Assembly (NCBI GenBank): GCA_965284495.1 | Contig: OZ260105.1 | Coordinates: 260,049-324,048 of the forward strand | DNA length: 64,000 nt | Direction: 5' to 3' | Source: Burkholderiaceae bacterium | Lineage (GTDB): Bacteria; Pseudomonadota; Gammaproteobacteria; Burkholderiales; Burkholderiaceae_C | Shown: positions 9,074 to 19,172 of the stretch, in pieces | Numbering within the stretch: the first letter of the stretch is position 1 | Layout: the number at the start of each line of letters is the position of its first letter | Position numbers and translations under genes: made by a program | Notes under the pieces: generated by a model | Databases searched by the model: none | Told to the model about the DNA's origin: nothing | Seen by the model: only the letters and a program-made list of their open reading frames with translations

Positions 9074-10354
9074 TCAATAGCCCATCAACTTTTGGTAGCC
9101 CACCCAGAAGCGGCGGATCAGGTTTTCGGTGATCACGGTGTCGTGCTGCTCGGGCGCTTCGCGCGCCATGGCGATGTAAGAATGCTTGTCGCCGTCGCGC
9201 GCGGTGCCGCGCTGCACCAGCTCGGTGGCCTCGGTGTCTTCCATCGAGATGTAGCCCGCAGGCCCCACCAGGTTGGCCTGCAGCAGGCGCAGCTCACGCA
9301 TCTCGGGCGTGTCGTCTTCGTATCCAAAAAAGTGAAACACCAGCTCAAAACTGCTGGGGCCCTTGGGCAGCAGCTGGCGCGCCACCAGCGTGTTGTGGAT
9401 CTGCTGCACCACCAACTGCGGAAAGATCGGCTGGATGTGGTTGGTGGTCATCTCTTCGAACTCTTTGATCTGCCCCAGCAGCGCGGGTTCTTCGAGCGCG
9501 AATCCCTCGTCCATGGAGCGGATGTTCTGCGCGCTATAGGCCGCGGCGGTGTCCGTCTCTACGTCAGGCTTGGTCACGGTGATGATGCTGTGCAGGCCGT
9601 GGTTGGCATCCGGAATGGAGCGCGCCTTCATCCCCACGCGGAAGATGTTGAAGGTGGTGTGGAACAGGTGCAGCAGGCTGGCGTGGTAGGGGTCCTTGAC
9701 GTTCTCGAAGTACAGCTTCCAGTTCGACTTGGAGTACTGACGCGTGCAGCCGAGGTAGACGATGGGCTTGTGGAAGATGCGGTCGATCCAGGGGCGCATC
9801 TGCTCGCCCAGGTATTCGGGCAGCGGCGGCGTTTCGTCGCTGAAGGTGGCGAACAGCAGGCCCTTGTAGCTGTCCACCCGTAGTTTTTGCAGGCCGTGCT
9901 CTTCGGTCTTGAAGTCCTTGGGCATGCCCACCATGCCCTTCTGGCCACGGCGAAACGGCACGCCCTGCAGGTCGCCGTTGGCGGCAAAGCTCCACTGGTG
10001 GTACACGCAGGTGTGGCTGGCGGCGTTGCCGCGCTTTTCGCGGCACACCATGGCACCCCGGTGGGCACAGCGGTTGACCCAGCAGGCCAGGCCTTCGGGG
10101 GTGCGGGTGACGACCACGGGCGTGTCGCCAACGAAGGTGGATTTGAAATCGCCCACGTTGGTGATCTCGGCCTCCAGCCCCAGAAAACTCCACACCGGGC
10201 CACGATAAATGCGCTCCTGTTCGCGGTCGTAAACCTCCTGCGAACTTAACACCCTGTAGGGCACCTTGGAGCCATCGGGCTGCGGAAAATGCACCTGCCG
10301 CTGCGCCTTGAGCGAGACGGGTGGCGCAACGGCGACAACGGTGGTTTCAGACAT
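9074..10354 (-). CDS. andAc: Anthranilate 1,2-dioxygenase large subunit, three-component Burkholderia DBO1 type
   Basis: Rieske CAHRG/CVYHQW; Fe ligands YHASLLH and EDTEA; long stretches (NWKLY.ENVKDPYHAS.LHLFHTTFNIFRVGMKARSIPDANHGLHSIITVTK, FWVGYQKLMGY) match AndAc as I recall it. Confidence 0.8.
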   Translation of the reverse strand: MSETTVVAVAPPVSLKAQRQVHFPQPDGSKVPYRVLSSQEVYDREQERIYRGPVWSFLGLEAEITNVGDFKSTFVGDTPVVVTRTPEGLACWVNRCAHRGAMVCREKRGNAASHTCVYHQWSFAANGDLQGVPFRRGQKGMVGMPKDFKTEEHGLQKLRVDSYKGLLFATFSDETPPLPEYLGEQMRPWIDRIFHKPIVYLGCTRQYSKSNWKLYFENVKDPYHASLLHLFHTTFNIFRVGMKARSIPDANHGLHSIITVTKPDVETDTAAAYSAQNIRSMDEGFALEEPALLGQIKEFEEMTTNHIQPIFPQLVVQQIHNTLVARQLLPKGPSSFELVFHFFGYEDDTPEMRELRLLQANLVGPAGYISMEDTEATELVQRGTARDGDKHSYIAMAREAPEQHDTVITENLIRRFWVGYQKLMGY

Positions 10355-10526
10355 GGGCTTGACCTCGTCGATTGGATTGCCTCCATGCTAGAAAAGACCG
10401 CCCTGCCGCGCTATCCAGTATCGGCACACCAGGTGCCACGCCTGTCCGGTTCTTGCAAATGTTCGGGTGCGCTGCCAAGGCATGCGGGCATGCGCATTTC
10501 GTGTGCGTCTTCATGCCCGCGCACGC

Positions 10527-10638
10527 ACAACCCAAAACCCGAAAAGCCAAAAACCCAAAAACCCAAAAACCCAAAAACCCACAACCCACAACCCAAAAAC
10601 CCGAAACCCAAAACCCGAAACCCAAAAAGCGAAAAAGC
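10527..10638. repeat. Degenerate 7-8-nt tandem repeat (A/C/G)AAA(A)CCC, 15 units
   Basis: Units acaaccc, aaaaccc, gaaaagcc, 4x aaaaaccc, 2x acaaccc, aaaaaccc, gaaaccc, aaaaccc, gaaaccc, aaaaagc, gaaaaagc. Confidence 0.95.
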
Positions 10639-10645
10639 AGAGGCC

Positions 10646-11668
10646 CTAACTACCCACCGTCTGGCTCGGCAATTCTCCAAAGCGCTCGCGGTAGTAGCTG
10701 GAGAACCGCCCCAGATGTCCAAACCCAAACTCCAGCGCAGCGTCGGTCACGCAGTGGCCTGGCCGTTCGCGCAGGCGCGCACGCACGGCATCCAGGCGCA
10801 TGTTGCGAAGCAAAGTCATGGGCGATTCGCCGTGGTAGCGCTGGCACAGCATGCTCAGGCCCCGCACGCTCACCCCGGCTGCGCGCGCCAGGTCGTCCAG
10901 CGCTACGGGCGCACACAGGCGGCTGCGCATGTAGGCATCCAGCTTGTCCAGGCGGCGCAGATCACCGCCCGCTGCGCTGCCCACCACTCGTTCGTCCTGT
11001 TCGTCGTTTGGGGCCTGTGCGGTCGGTATCGCAGCGACGCCCTGCGCACAAGAGGCCAGGAACAACGCCACATTGCTTTCCATATGGTCCACCCAGCGCG
11101 CGTGCGCGGTGCTCTCCACCGTCTGCTGGCTCACATGCAACAGCGACTGCATCAAGAAATGCCATTGCTGCCCCTGCACTGCAGACAGGGGAAGCAATGG
11201 CTGAGCAAAGGTGGTGTCGCCCACCAGCAATTGAGGCGCCCATGCGCGCAGCAACTGGCACGGCACTTTCAGGATGAGCTGGCGCGCACCCTGCTGCCAG
11301 CGCATGTGCAGGTTGTGCCGCGGCGCGATCAATGCCGCAGCGCCTGCGGGCAAGCGGATGGGCACGCCATCGGACACCATTTCAGCCACGCCCGACAGAG
11401 ACAGGTGCACCAGCACAAAGTCATCAAACGGGCGCGGGCGGATCTCGACCTCCGCACCGTATTGCAGCATGAACAACTGCAATTGGCGGATGCGCACCTT
11501 GGACAACGAGGTGTCCACCGCACCACTGCACCATTTCAGACCGTGGTCCGAAAACTCCCGGGCCACCAGGTCGTGCGAGTCCACCCGCACGTCCGACGTG
11601 AACACCGGCCGCCGTTGTAGCGCCGAAAGGTCCAGGGACAAGGAGGGCAAGGGAGCCATCAGAAACAA
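10646..11668 (-). CDS. andR: AraC/XylS family regulator (AndR-like)
   Basis: AraC_binding_2-type N-terminus; C-terminal double HTH (LARAAGVSVRGL; ALEFGFGHLGRFSSYYRERFGELPS); upstream of andAc. Confidence 0.75.
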   Translation of the reverse strand: MFLMAPLPSLSLDLSALQRRPVFTSDVRVDSHDLVAREFSDHGLKWCSGAVDTSLSKVRIRQLQLFMLQYGAEVEIRPRPFDDFVLVHLSLSGVAEMVSDGVPIRLPAGAAALIAPRHNLHMRWQQGARQLILKVPCQLLRAWAPQLLVGDTTFAQPLLPLSAVQGQQWHFLMQSLLHVSQQTVESTAHARWVDHMESNVALFLASCAQGVAAIPTAQAPNDEQDERVVGSAAGGDLRRLDKLDAYMRSRLCAPVALDDLARAAGVSVRGLSMLCQRYHGESPMTLLRNMRLDAVRARLRERPGHCVTDAALEFGFGHLGRFSSYYRERFGELPSQTVGS

Positions 11669-11965
11669 ACCTCAACAGGGGTGTGGGCGCAGCACATTCA
11701 GCGATGGACTGCTTTGATTTGCATCAAAACAGCAATTTCCGTACCCAGGGCGCGTAGCACGACTGCACCACCATCGCCCCCATCGCCCCAATCGCTGCGT
11801 CCATCAACCTCCTTTGGCGCCAGCCACCTGTGCGACACGCCGCCCCTGCAGCAGGCACCTGCACAAGTAACATGGCAGCCACACCCGATGCCGCCTCGCC
11901 CTGCTTGCTGAAGCCCGGTGTCGGCGTGCATCCTTGATCCCCACTTGCCACACCCGCAATCCTTC

Positions 11966-12874
11966 ATGTACGCACCCCGCAAACCCTCCCGCAGCAGCAC
12001 CCTGGCACTGCGCCACCTGAACTACCACGTGCGCCACTGGGGGCCAGAACAGAGCGACCTGCCCCCGCTGGTCCTGGTGCATGGGTGGATGGATGTGAGT
12101 GCCTCGTACCAGTTCACAGTGGACGCGCTGCAGCAAGAGCGGCGCATCATCGCGCCCGACTGGCGCGGCTTCGGACTCACGTCCAGCGCGCAGGCCGACC
12201 ACTACTTTTTTGCCGACTACCTGGCCGACCTGGATTTACTGCTCGACCACTACGCCCCAGGCCAGACCGTCGACCTGGTGGGCCACAGCATGGGCGGCAA
12301 CGTGGCCATGATGTATGCGGGCGTGAGGCCCGAGCGCGTGCGCAAGCTCATCAACCTGGAAGGCTTCGGCCTGCCCGCCACGCGGCCCGCGCAGGCGCCC
12401 ACCCGCTACGCGAAGTGGATCGACGAGATCAAGCAACTGCACCAGGGCGACAAAGCCCTGAAGACCTACGACAGCGCCGACGGCGTGGCCCGCCGCCTCA
12501 TGAAGACCAACCCGCGCCTGTCCGAAGACAAGGCCCAATGGCTGGCACAGCACTGGGCACGGCCCAACGCGCAGGGCCTGTGGGAGATCCTGGGGGACCC
12601 TGCTCACAAGATCACCAGCGCGCAGCTCTTTCGCGCAGACGAAGCCCTGGCCATCTACGAGCGCATCACCGCGCCCGTGCTGGCCGTCGAAGCCAGCGGT
12701 GACAGCCTGAGCCAGTGGTGGAGCGGCAAGTACACGCTGGACGAATACCACCAGCGACTGACCCACGTGCGCACCTGCCGGACCGCCGTGGTGCACGAAG
12801 CGGGCCACATGCTGCACCACGACCAGCCCGAACAGGTAGCACAGCTGATCGAGCAGTTTCTGAACGAAGCGTGA
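11966..12874 (+). CDS. Alpha/beta fold hydrolase
   Basis: HGW, PDWRGFG, GHSMGG nucleophile elbow, GHMLHHDQP. Confidence 0.9.
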   Translation: MYAPRKPSRSSTLALRHLNYHVRHWGPEQSDLPPLVLVHGWMDVSASYQFTVDALQQERRIIAPDWRGFGLTSSAQADHYFFADYLADLDLLLDHYAPGQTVDLVGHSMGGNVAMMYAGVRPERVRKLINLEGFGLPATRPAQAPTRYAKWIDEIKQLHQGDKALKTYDSADGVARRLMKTNPRLSEDKAQWLAQHWARPNAQGLWEILGDPAHKITSAQLFRADEALAIYERITAPVLAVEASGDSLSQWWSGKYTLDEYHQRLTHVRTCRTAVVHEAGHMLHHDQPEQVAQLIEQFLNEA

Positions 12875-12913
12875 CTGCATTCGAACGACCTTGGGATGAA
12901 ATTTGAATGAAAT

Positions 12914-12960
12914 TGGCATCTAGCGCTTATGCAGCAAGCGCTGTTAGCTATTATTTTTGA
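12914..12960 (+). repeat. Family A repeat copy
   Basis: TGGCAT-CTAGCGCTT-N7-AAGCGCTGT-TA-GCTAT; shares the 5' extension ATTTGAATGAAAT with the 55645 copy. Confidence 0.85.
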
Positions 12961-13095
12961 CATTTCATCTGCAGGACATCTGTGTTTGAGAACGCCGCAG
13001 ACGCGGCATCAGCCCCGCCAGGGGGCATTGATAGGGCTCTGCCCCATCCCATGAGAAAATTGCTGGTTATTCCACCAAACACCCAGGACAAAATC

Positions 13096-14200
13096 ATGGA
13101 CGCAGAACGTATCAACAGCATTGGCAACACCCTCTCCGACCTGACCGTGCGAACGCAAGAGTTACGGAGGTATCTTTGACTTCGATGCTAAATTTGAACG
13201 CCTGCGCACAGTAAACGCGTCGCTGGAAGACCCTTCGGTCTGGAACGATCCGAAGAAAGCCCAAGAGCTGGGCAAAGAAAAGAAGTCGCTGGATGGCGTT
13301 GTATTGACGCTGGAAAAGCTCACGCATGAGCTGGCCGACAACACCGAGCTCTATGACATGAGCAAGGAAGAAGGCGACGAGGCCGGCCTGATGGTCATCG
13401 AGGCCGAAACCGCCAAGCTCAAGCCCGAGATCGAACAGCTCGAGTTTCGCCGCATGTTCCGCATGGAGGCCGACCCGCTCAACTGCTTTATCGACATCCA
13501 GGCGGGTGCCGGCGGCACTGAGGCCTGCGACTGGGCCAGCATGCTGCTGCGCCAGTACCTCAAATACGCCGAACGCAAGGGCTTCAAGACCACGGTCGAA
13601 GAAGAAACCCCGGGCGACGTGGCCGGACTCAAGAGCGCCACGATCAAGGTCGAGGGCGAATACGCATACGGCTTGCTGCGCACTGAAACGGGTGTGCACC
13701 GCTTGGTGCGCAAGAGCCCGTTCGATTCTTCCGGCGGGCGCCACACCTCGTTTGCATCGTTGTTCGTCTACCCCGAGATCGACGATTCCATCGAGATCAA
13801 CATCAACCCGGCGGACGTGCGCACCGACACCTATCGCGCATCCGGCGCGGGCGGACAGCACATCAACAAAACCGACTCGGCCGTGCGCCTGACCCACATG
13901 CCCACCGGCATCGTGGTGCAGTGCCAGGACGGCCGCAGCCAGCACGGCAACCGCGACATCGCGTGGCAGCGCCTGCGTTCCAAGCTGTACGACTTTGAGA
14001 TGCGCAAACGCCAGGAAGAAGCGCAGAAGCTGGAAGACACCAAGACCGACGTGGGCTGGGGCCATCAGATTCGAAGCTACGTGCTGGACAACAGCCGCAT
14101 CAAGGATCTGCGCACCAACGTCGAAATCTCGGCCACGCAGAAGGTGCTCGATGGCGATCTTGATGCCTTCATCGAAGCTTCCTTGAAGCAAGGCGTCTAA
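13096..14200 (+). CDS. prfB: Peptide chain release factor 2 with programmed +1 frameshift
   Basis: MDAERIN...RRYL, then CTT TGA C at 13174-13180 with internal SD GGAGG at 13166-13170; SPF and GGQ motifs in the +1 frame. Confidence 0.97.
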
Positions 14201-14203
14201 GCC

Positions 14204-14890
14204 ATGCAGATGCGGACGCGTACCGCCGCCATCATCTTCGACATGGACGGCACCATGATCGACTCCATGCCCTGGCATGCGCAGGCGTGGGTCGAATTTG
14301 CGCGCCGCCGGGGCATGAACATCGACGTGCCCGACCTGATGGCGCGCACCACGGGCCGCAACGGCACCGAGTGCATTGTCGAGTTGTTGGGCCGCGCCGT
14401 ATCGAGGGAGGAGGCCGACGCCCTCACGCACGAGAAAGAAACCATTTACCGCGAGCTGTTTGCCCCCCGCTTCGCCGAAGTGGCGGGCTTTCGCCAGTTT
14501 GCGGCGCAGGTGCATGGGCGCGGGCTGAAGGTGGCAGTGGGCACGGCGGGCGACATCGGCAACGTGGAGTTTGCGCTGGGCCACCTGGGCCTGGAACCTG
14601 CCCCGCTGGCGATCGTGCGCGGCGATGAAGGCTTACCGGGCAAACCGCAACCCGCCATTTTTCTCGAAGCTGCGCGCCGCATTGCCGCAGCGCCCGAACA
14701 CTGCATCGTTTTTGAAGACGCGCCGTTCGGCATCGAGGCCGCACGCCGCGCAGGCATGCGTGCCGTCGCCATCTGCAGCACCCACACGCCTGAGCAATTG
14801 GCCGGGCCACATGTGCTGGCCGCTGTGCGCGACTACACCGAACTCATGAACACCGACTTTCTGGAGAGCATCCATGTTGCAACTGCATAA
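14204..14890 (+). CDS. HAD family phosphatase (beta-PGM/CbbY-like)
   Basis: FDMDGT motif I, GKPQP, FEDAPFG. Confidence 0.85.
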   Translation: MQMRTRTAAIIFDMDGTMIDSMPWHAQAWVEFARRRGMNIDVPDLMARTTGRNGTECIVELLGRAVSREEADALTHEKETIYRELFAPRFAEVAGFRQFAAQVHGRGLKVAVGTAGDIGNVEFALGHLGLEPAPLAIVRGDEGLPGKPQPAIFLEAARRIAAAPEHCIVFEDAPFGIEAARRAGMRAVAICSTHTPEQLAGPHVLAAVRDYTELMNTDFLESIHVATA

Positions 14891-17645
14891 CGCAGACGGA
14901 AGCGGAGACAGCGCCGGCCCAGCCGCCGCCATCCGCCGCGAGGACTACACCGCCCCCGCCTACTGGATCGACAGTGTCGAGCTGACCTTCGACCTGGACC
15001 CCAACAAGACCCGCGTGCTCAACCGCATGACGCTGCGCCGCAACCCCGACGTGGCCGCGCAGCCGCTCAAACTGGACGGTGACGACCTGAACCTGGCGCG
15101 TGTGCTGGTCAACGGCCAGGGCACCTCGTTCAAGATGGAAGGCTCGCGCCTGGTGCTGGAGAACTTGCCGACTATTGAAGAGAACGGCGCCGAGCCCTTC
15201 GCGCTGGAAATTTTTACCACCTGCTGCCCCGCCAAAAACACACAGCTGATGGGGCTGTACGTGAGCCAGGGCACGTTTTTCACGCAGTGCGAGGCCGAGG
15301 GCTTTCGCCGCATCACATACTTTCTGGACCGCCCTGATGTGATGGCCAGCTACACCGTCACGCTGCGCGCAGACAAGGCCCAGTACCCGGTGCTGCTTTC
15401 CAACGGCAATCTGGTGGACAGCGGCGCGCTGGAAGACGGCCCCAATGGAGCCAGGCATTTCGCCAAGTGGGTCGATCCGCACAAAAAGCCGTGCTACCTG
15501 TTCGCCCTGGTGGCAGGCAAGCTGGTGGCACGCGAACAGAAGATCAAAAGCCGATCGGGGACCGACCACCTGCTGCAGGTGTACGTGCGCCCCGGCGACC
15601 TGGGCAAGACCGAACACGCGATGAACTCGCTGATGTACAGCGTGGCGTGGGATGAAGCCCGTTTTGGCCTGCCGCTGGACCTGGAGCGCTTCATGATCGT
15701 CGCGACCAGCGACTTCAACATGGGCGCCATGGAGAACAAGGGGCTGAACATCTTCAACACGAAGTACGTTCTGGCCAGCGAGTCCACCGCCACCGACACC
15801 GACTTTGGCAACATCGAAAGCGTGGTCGGCCACGAGTACTTTCACAACTGGACGGGCAACCGCGTCACCTGCCGCGACTGGTTCCAGTTGAGCCTGAAGG
15901 AAGGCCTCACGGTGTTCCGCGATCAGGAGTTCAGCATGGACCTGGCGGGCAGCCCGTCGGCCCGCGCCGTCAAGCGCATCGAAGACGTGCGCGTTCTGCG
16001 CACTGCACAGTTCCCCGAAGACGCAGGCCCCATGGCCCACCCGGTGCGGCCGGACAGCTATGTCGAGATCAACAACTTCTACACCGTCACCATCTACGAA
16101 AAGGGTGCCGAGGTAGTGCGCATGCAGCACAACCTGGTGGGCCGCGACGGTTTTGCCAAGGGTATGAAGCTGTACTTCGAGCGCCACGACGGCCAAGCCG
16201 TGACCTGCGACGATTTTGTTCAAGCCATCGCAGATGCGAATCCAGGCAGCCCGCTCACGCAGCACCTTGCACAGTTCAAGCGGTGGTACAGCCAGGCCGG
16301 CACGCCCCGCGTGCGAGCCTCAGGCCACTATGACGCAGCTACCCGCTGCTATGCCCTCACGTTGTCGCAAAGTTGCGCAGCAACGCCCGGCCAGAGCGAC
16401 AAGCTGCCTTTTGTCATCCCCGTGGAACTGGGCTTGGTCGACGCCAGCACCGGAGCCGCCCTGCCCTTGCACCTTGCAGGAGAAGACGCGGCGATAGAAA
16501 CCACATCGCGCGTTGTGGTGCTCACAGAAGCGTCGCAGACGCTGACCTTCACCAACCTGGATGCCGAGCCGGTGCCTTCTGTGCTGCGCGGCTTCAGTGC
16601 CCCCGTGGTGCTGGACATCGAGTACACCGACGCCCAGTTGCTCACGCTGCTGGCGCACGACACAGACGCTTTCAACCGCTGGGAGGCAGGGCAGCGTCTG
16701 GCGCTCCGAACCGCTATCAATGTAATAGCTAATAGCGCACAGGGGACAAGCGCTAGCGGCCGTTTTGAACATGAAATTCTGCCTGCAGAGCTTGTCGCCG
16801 CCATGCGCGCCGTGCTGCGCAACCCCGCGCTGGATTCGGCCTACAAAGAGCTGGTGCTCACCCTGCCGTCTGAAACCTACATTGCCGAGCAACTCGACGT
16901 GGTGGACCCACAGCGCATTCACGCCGTGCGCGAGGCCATGCGCGAAGAGCTGGCGCTGTCGCTGCAGGCCGACTGGGAATGGGCCTGGGACCAAAACCAG
17001 GACACCGGTGGCTACAGCCCCGACCCCGTGTCTTCAGGTCGCCGCGCGCTCAGCGGTCTGGCACTGCACATGCTGTGCATTGCCGCGCAGAAGACAGGCG
17101 ATGAGGTCTGGCCCGGGAAGGCGTATCAACGCTTCAAGGTGGCCAGCAACATGACCGACCGCTTCAACGCCCTGACGGCCCTCGTGGCCAGCGGCAGCGA
17201 GCTGGCGGCACCCGCGCTCGCTCGTTTCCACGCCCTGTTCAAGGACGAACCCCTGGTCATCGACAAGTGGTTTGCGCTACAGGCTGGCGCGCCAGACCAT
17301 GGCGGCAACGTGCTGCCCGCCGTACGCCAGCTCATGGCGCACCCGGACTTCAGCCTCAAGAACCCCAACCGCGCACGCAGCGTGATCTTCAGCTACTGCA
17401 GCGCCAACCCCGGTGCGTTCCACCGGTCGGATGCAGCGGGTTACGCGTACTGGAGCGACCGAGTGATCGAGCTGGACGCCATCAACCCCCAAGTCGCTGC
17501 ACGCCTTGCACGCGCGCTGGACCGCTGGAAGAAGCTGGCCGAACCCTGGCGCACCTCCGCGCGCGAAGCGATTACCCGCGTGGCCGCCAAGCCCACCCTC
17601 TCGAACGACGTGCGCGAGGTTGTGACCCGCGCGCTGGCTGATTAA
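14874..17645 (+). CDS. pepN: Aminopeptidase N (M1)
   Basis: GAMENK, HEYFH...E zinc motif, C-terminal NPNR.RS and NPQVAARL. Confidence 0.97.
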   Translation: MLQLHNADGSGDSAGPAAAIRREDYTAPAYWIDSVELTFDLDPNKTRVLNRMTLRRNPDVAAQPLKLDGDDLNLARVLVNGQGTSFKMEGSRLVLENLPTIEENGAEPFALEIFTTCCPAKNTQLMGLYVSQGTFFTQCEAEGFRRITYFLDRPDVMASYTVTLRADKAQYPVLLSNGNLVDSGALEDGPNGARHFAKWVDPHKKPCYLFALVAGKLVAREQKIKSRSGTDHLLQVYVRPGDLGKTEHAMNSLMYSVAWDEARFGLPLDLERFMIVATSDFNMGAMENKGLNIFNTKYVLASESTATDTDFGNIESVVGHEYFHNWTGNRVTCRDWFQLSLKEGLTVFRDQEFSMDLAGSPSARAVKRIEDVRVLRTAQFPEDAGPMAHPVRPDSYVEINNFYTVTIYEKGAEVVRMQHNLVGRDGFAKGMKLYFERHDGQAVTCDDFVQAIADANPGSPLTQHLAQFKRWYSQAGTPRVRASGHYDAATRCYALTLSQSCAATPGQSDKLPFVIPVELGLVDASTGAALPLHLAGEDAAIETTSRVVVLTEASQTLTFTNLDAEPVPSVLRGFSAPVVLDIEYTDAQLLTLLAHDTDAFNRWEAGQRLALRTAINVIANSAQGTSASGRFEHEILPAELVAAMRAVLRNPALDSAYKELVLTLPSETYIAEQLDVVDPQRIHAVREAMREELALSLQADWEWAWDQNQDTGGYSPDPVSSGRRALSGLALHMLCIAAQKTGDEVWPGKAYQRFKVASNMTDRFNALTALVASGSELAAPALARFHALFKDEPLVIDKWFALQAGAPDHGGNVLPAVRQLMAHPDFSLKNPNRARSVIFSYCSANPGAFHRSDAAGYAYWSDRVIELDAINPQVAARLARALDRWKKLAEPWRTSAREAITRVAAKPTLSNDVREVVTRALAD
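16713..16778 (-). repeat. Family A repeat copy inside the pepN coding frame
   Basis: GCTAT-N7-ATAGC-TAATAGCGCA-N7-AAGCGCTAGCGGCC on + strand; encodes [22 protein letters not shown] with AT-rich codons. Confidence 0.85.
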
Positions 17646-17668
17646 CTTACGACAAAGAAGAGACCGAC

Positions 17669-18676
17669 ATGGCAAAAAGCATCAGCCTGACCCGCTACCT
17701 TGTTGAACAGCAACGGGTGGACGGCCTCATCCCATCCCAATTGCGCCTGCTGCTGGAAGTAGTGGCCCGCGCCTGCAAAAGCATCAGCCACGCTGTGAAC
17801 AAAGGCGCGCTGGGCGGTGTGCTGGGCACAGCGACCAGCGAAAACGTGCAGGGCGAAATCCAGAAAAAGCTCGACATCATCGCCAACGAAGTGCTGATCG
17901 AAGCCAACGAATGGGGCGGCCATCTGGCGGCGATGGCATCAGAAGAAATGGACGGCATCTACCTGGTGCCCAACCGCTATCCGCAAGGCGAATACCTGCT
18001 GCTGTTCGACCCCCTCGATGGCTCGTCCAACATCGACGTGAACGTGAGCATCGGCACCATCTTCAGCGTACTCAAAAAGCCAGACGACGACCGCGGCGTG
18101 GAGGAAGGCGACTTTCTGCAACCCGGCACCCAGCAAGTGGCCGCCGGCTATTGCATCTACGGCCCGCAGACCACCTTGGTGCTCACCGTGGGCGACGGCG
18201 TCGCCATGTTCACGCTCGACCGCGAACAGGGCTCCTTCGTGTTGACCGAAGAGAACATCCGCATTCCCGAGGACACCAAGGAATTCGCGATCAACATGAG
18301 CAACATGCGCCATTGGGACGAGCCCGTAAAGCGCTACATCGACGAATGCCTGCAGGGCAAGGAAGGCCCACGCGGCAAGGACTTCAACATGCGCTGGATT
18401 GCCAGCATGGTGGCCGACGTGCACCGCATCCTGACCCGTGGCGGCGTCTTCATGTACCCCTGGGACAAACGCGAGCCCAACAAGCCTGGCAAACTGCGCC
18501 TGATGTACGAAGCCAACCCCATGGGCTGGCTGGTGGAGCAGGCCGGAGGCGCCGCCACCAACGGTAAACAACGCATCATGGACATCCAGCCCACCCAACT
18601 GCACGAACGTGTGAGCGTCATCCTGGGCTCAAAGAATGAGGTTGAGCGAGTGACCAGTTACCATTCCACGCTATAA
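17669..18676 (+). CDS. fbp: Class 1 fructose-1,6-bisphosphatase
   Basis: [24 protein letters not shown]. Confidence 0.97.
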   Translation: MAKSISLTRYLVEQQRVDGLIPSQLRLLLEVVARACKSISHAVNKGALGGVLGTATSENVQGEIQKKLDIIANEVLIEANEWGGHLAAMASEEMDGIYLVPNRYPQGEYLLLFDPLDGSSNIDVNVSIGTIFSVLKKPDDDRGVEEGDFLQPGTQQVAAGYCIYGPQTTLVLTVGDGVAMFTLDREQGSFVLTEENIRIPEDTKEFAINMSNMRHWDEPVKRYIDECLQGKEGPRGKDFNMRWIASMVADVHRILTRGGVFMYPWDKREPNKPGKLRLMYEANPMGWLVEQAGGAATNGKQRIMDIQPTQLHERVSVILGSKNEVERVTSYHSTL

Positions 18677-18687
18677 TCCAAGGCTAA

Positions 18688-18763
18688 GCCGGTGTAGCTC
18701 AGTCGGTAGAGCAGCTCATTCGTAATGAGAAGGTCGGGTGTTCGATTCATCTCTCCGGCACCA
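18688..18763 (+). tRNA. tRNA-Thr(CGT)
   Basis: 76-nt cloverleaf; anticodon arm GCTCA-TT-CGT-AA-TGAGA; TTCGA T-loop; CCA end; TATAAT at 18672-18677 upstream. Confidence 0.97.
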
Positions 18764-18774
18764 AATCAGCAAAG

Positions 18775-18808
18775 GAAACCCCGCTATCTAAAACGTAGCG
18801 GGGTTTTT
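18775..18808 (+). terminator. Intrinsic terminator downstream of tRNA-Thr (element-borne)
   Basis: AAACCCCGCTA-loop-TAGCGGGGTTTTT. Confidence 0.8.
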
Positions 18809-18822
18809 CTATTGGTGTTGCT

Positions 18823-18841
18823 TGTAGGCAATCTGTAGGCA
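18823..18841 (+). repeat. Putative integrase arm-type sites, left
   Basis: TGTAGGCAATCTGTAGGCA (TGTAGGCA twice, 11-bp period), identical to 25449-25467. Confidence 0.8.
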
Positions 18842-18905
18842 AACGGGCGAAATCTGCTGGGACTGAACGTGCGTTGAAGACGACACCAAAGACCAGCACG
18901 CCACG

Positions 18906-19172
18906 TCATCGATGGCGACTTTCATAGCTTCCGTCTGAGTTTTTCTTCAAGCAGGCCCACGAGAATGCCTGCCCAGAGTTGCGCGCGTTGATGCTGTTGA
19001 ACTCTGCTATGGCTGCAGTACGGCATTCATCGAGTGATGAGAAGTCACCCGAGACGTGCCACTTCTCCGCGCCTCCTTCTCGCCAGCCAATCTCGGCGGC
19101 ATATTTGCCCCCGAATTCGCATCCGGCGAGCAGCGCATAAGCGGCGCAGAGGAATATAGCCTTTCTCCTCAT
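18906..19172 (-). CDS. Small lipoprotein of unknown function (88 aa)
   Basis: MRRK...LLAG-C lipobox; ATG overlaps the upstream stop (ATGA). Confidence 0.7.
   Translation of the reverse strand: MRRKAIFLCAAYALLAGCEFGGKYAAEIGWREGGAEKWHVSGDFSSLDECRTAAIAEFNSINARNSGQAFSWACLKKNSDGSYESRHR

Noticed and set aside
10289-11620. 443-aa + strand ORF with KPQNPK repeats
   Set aside because: Read-through of the AAAACCC microsatellite plus antisense of andR; low-complexity artefact
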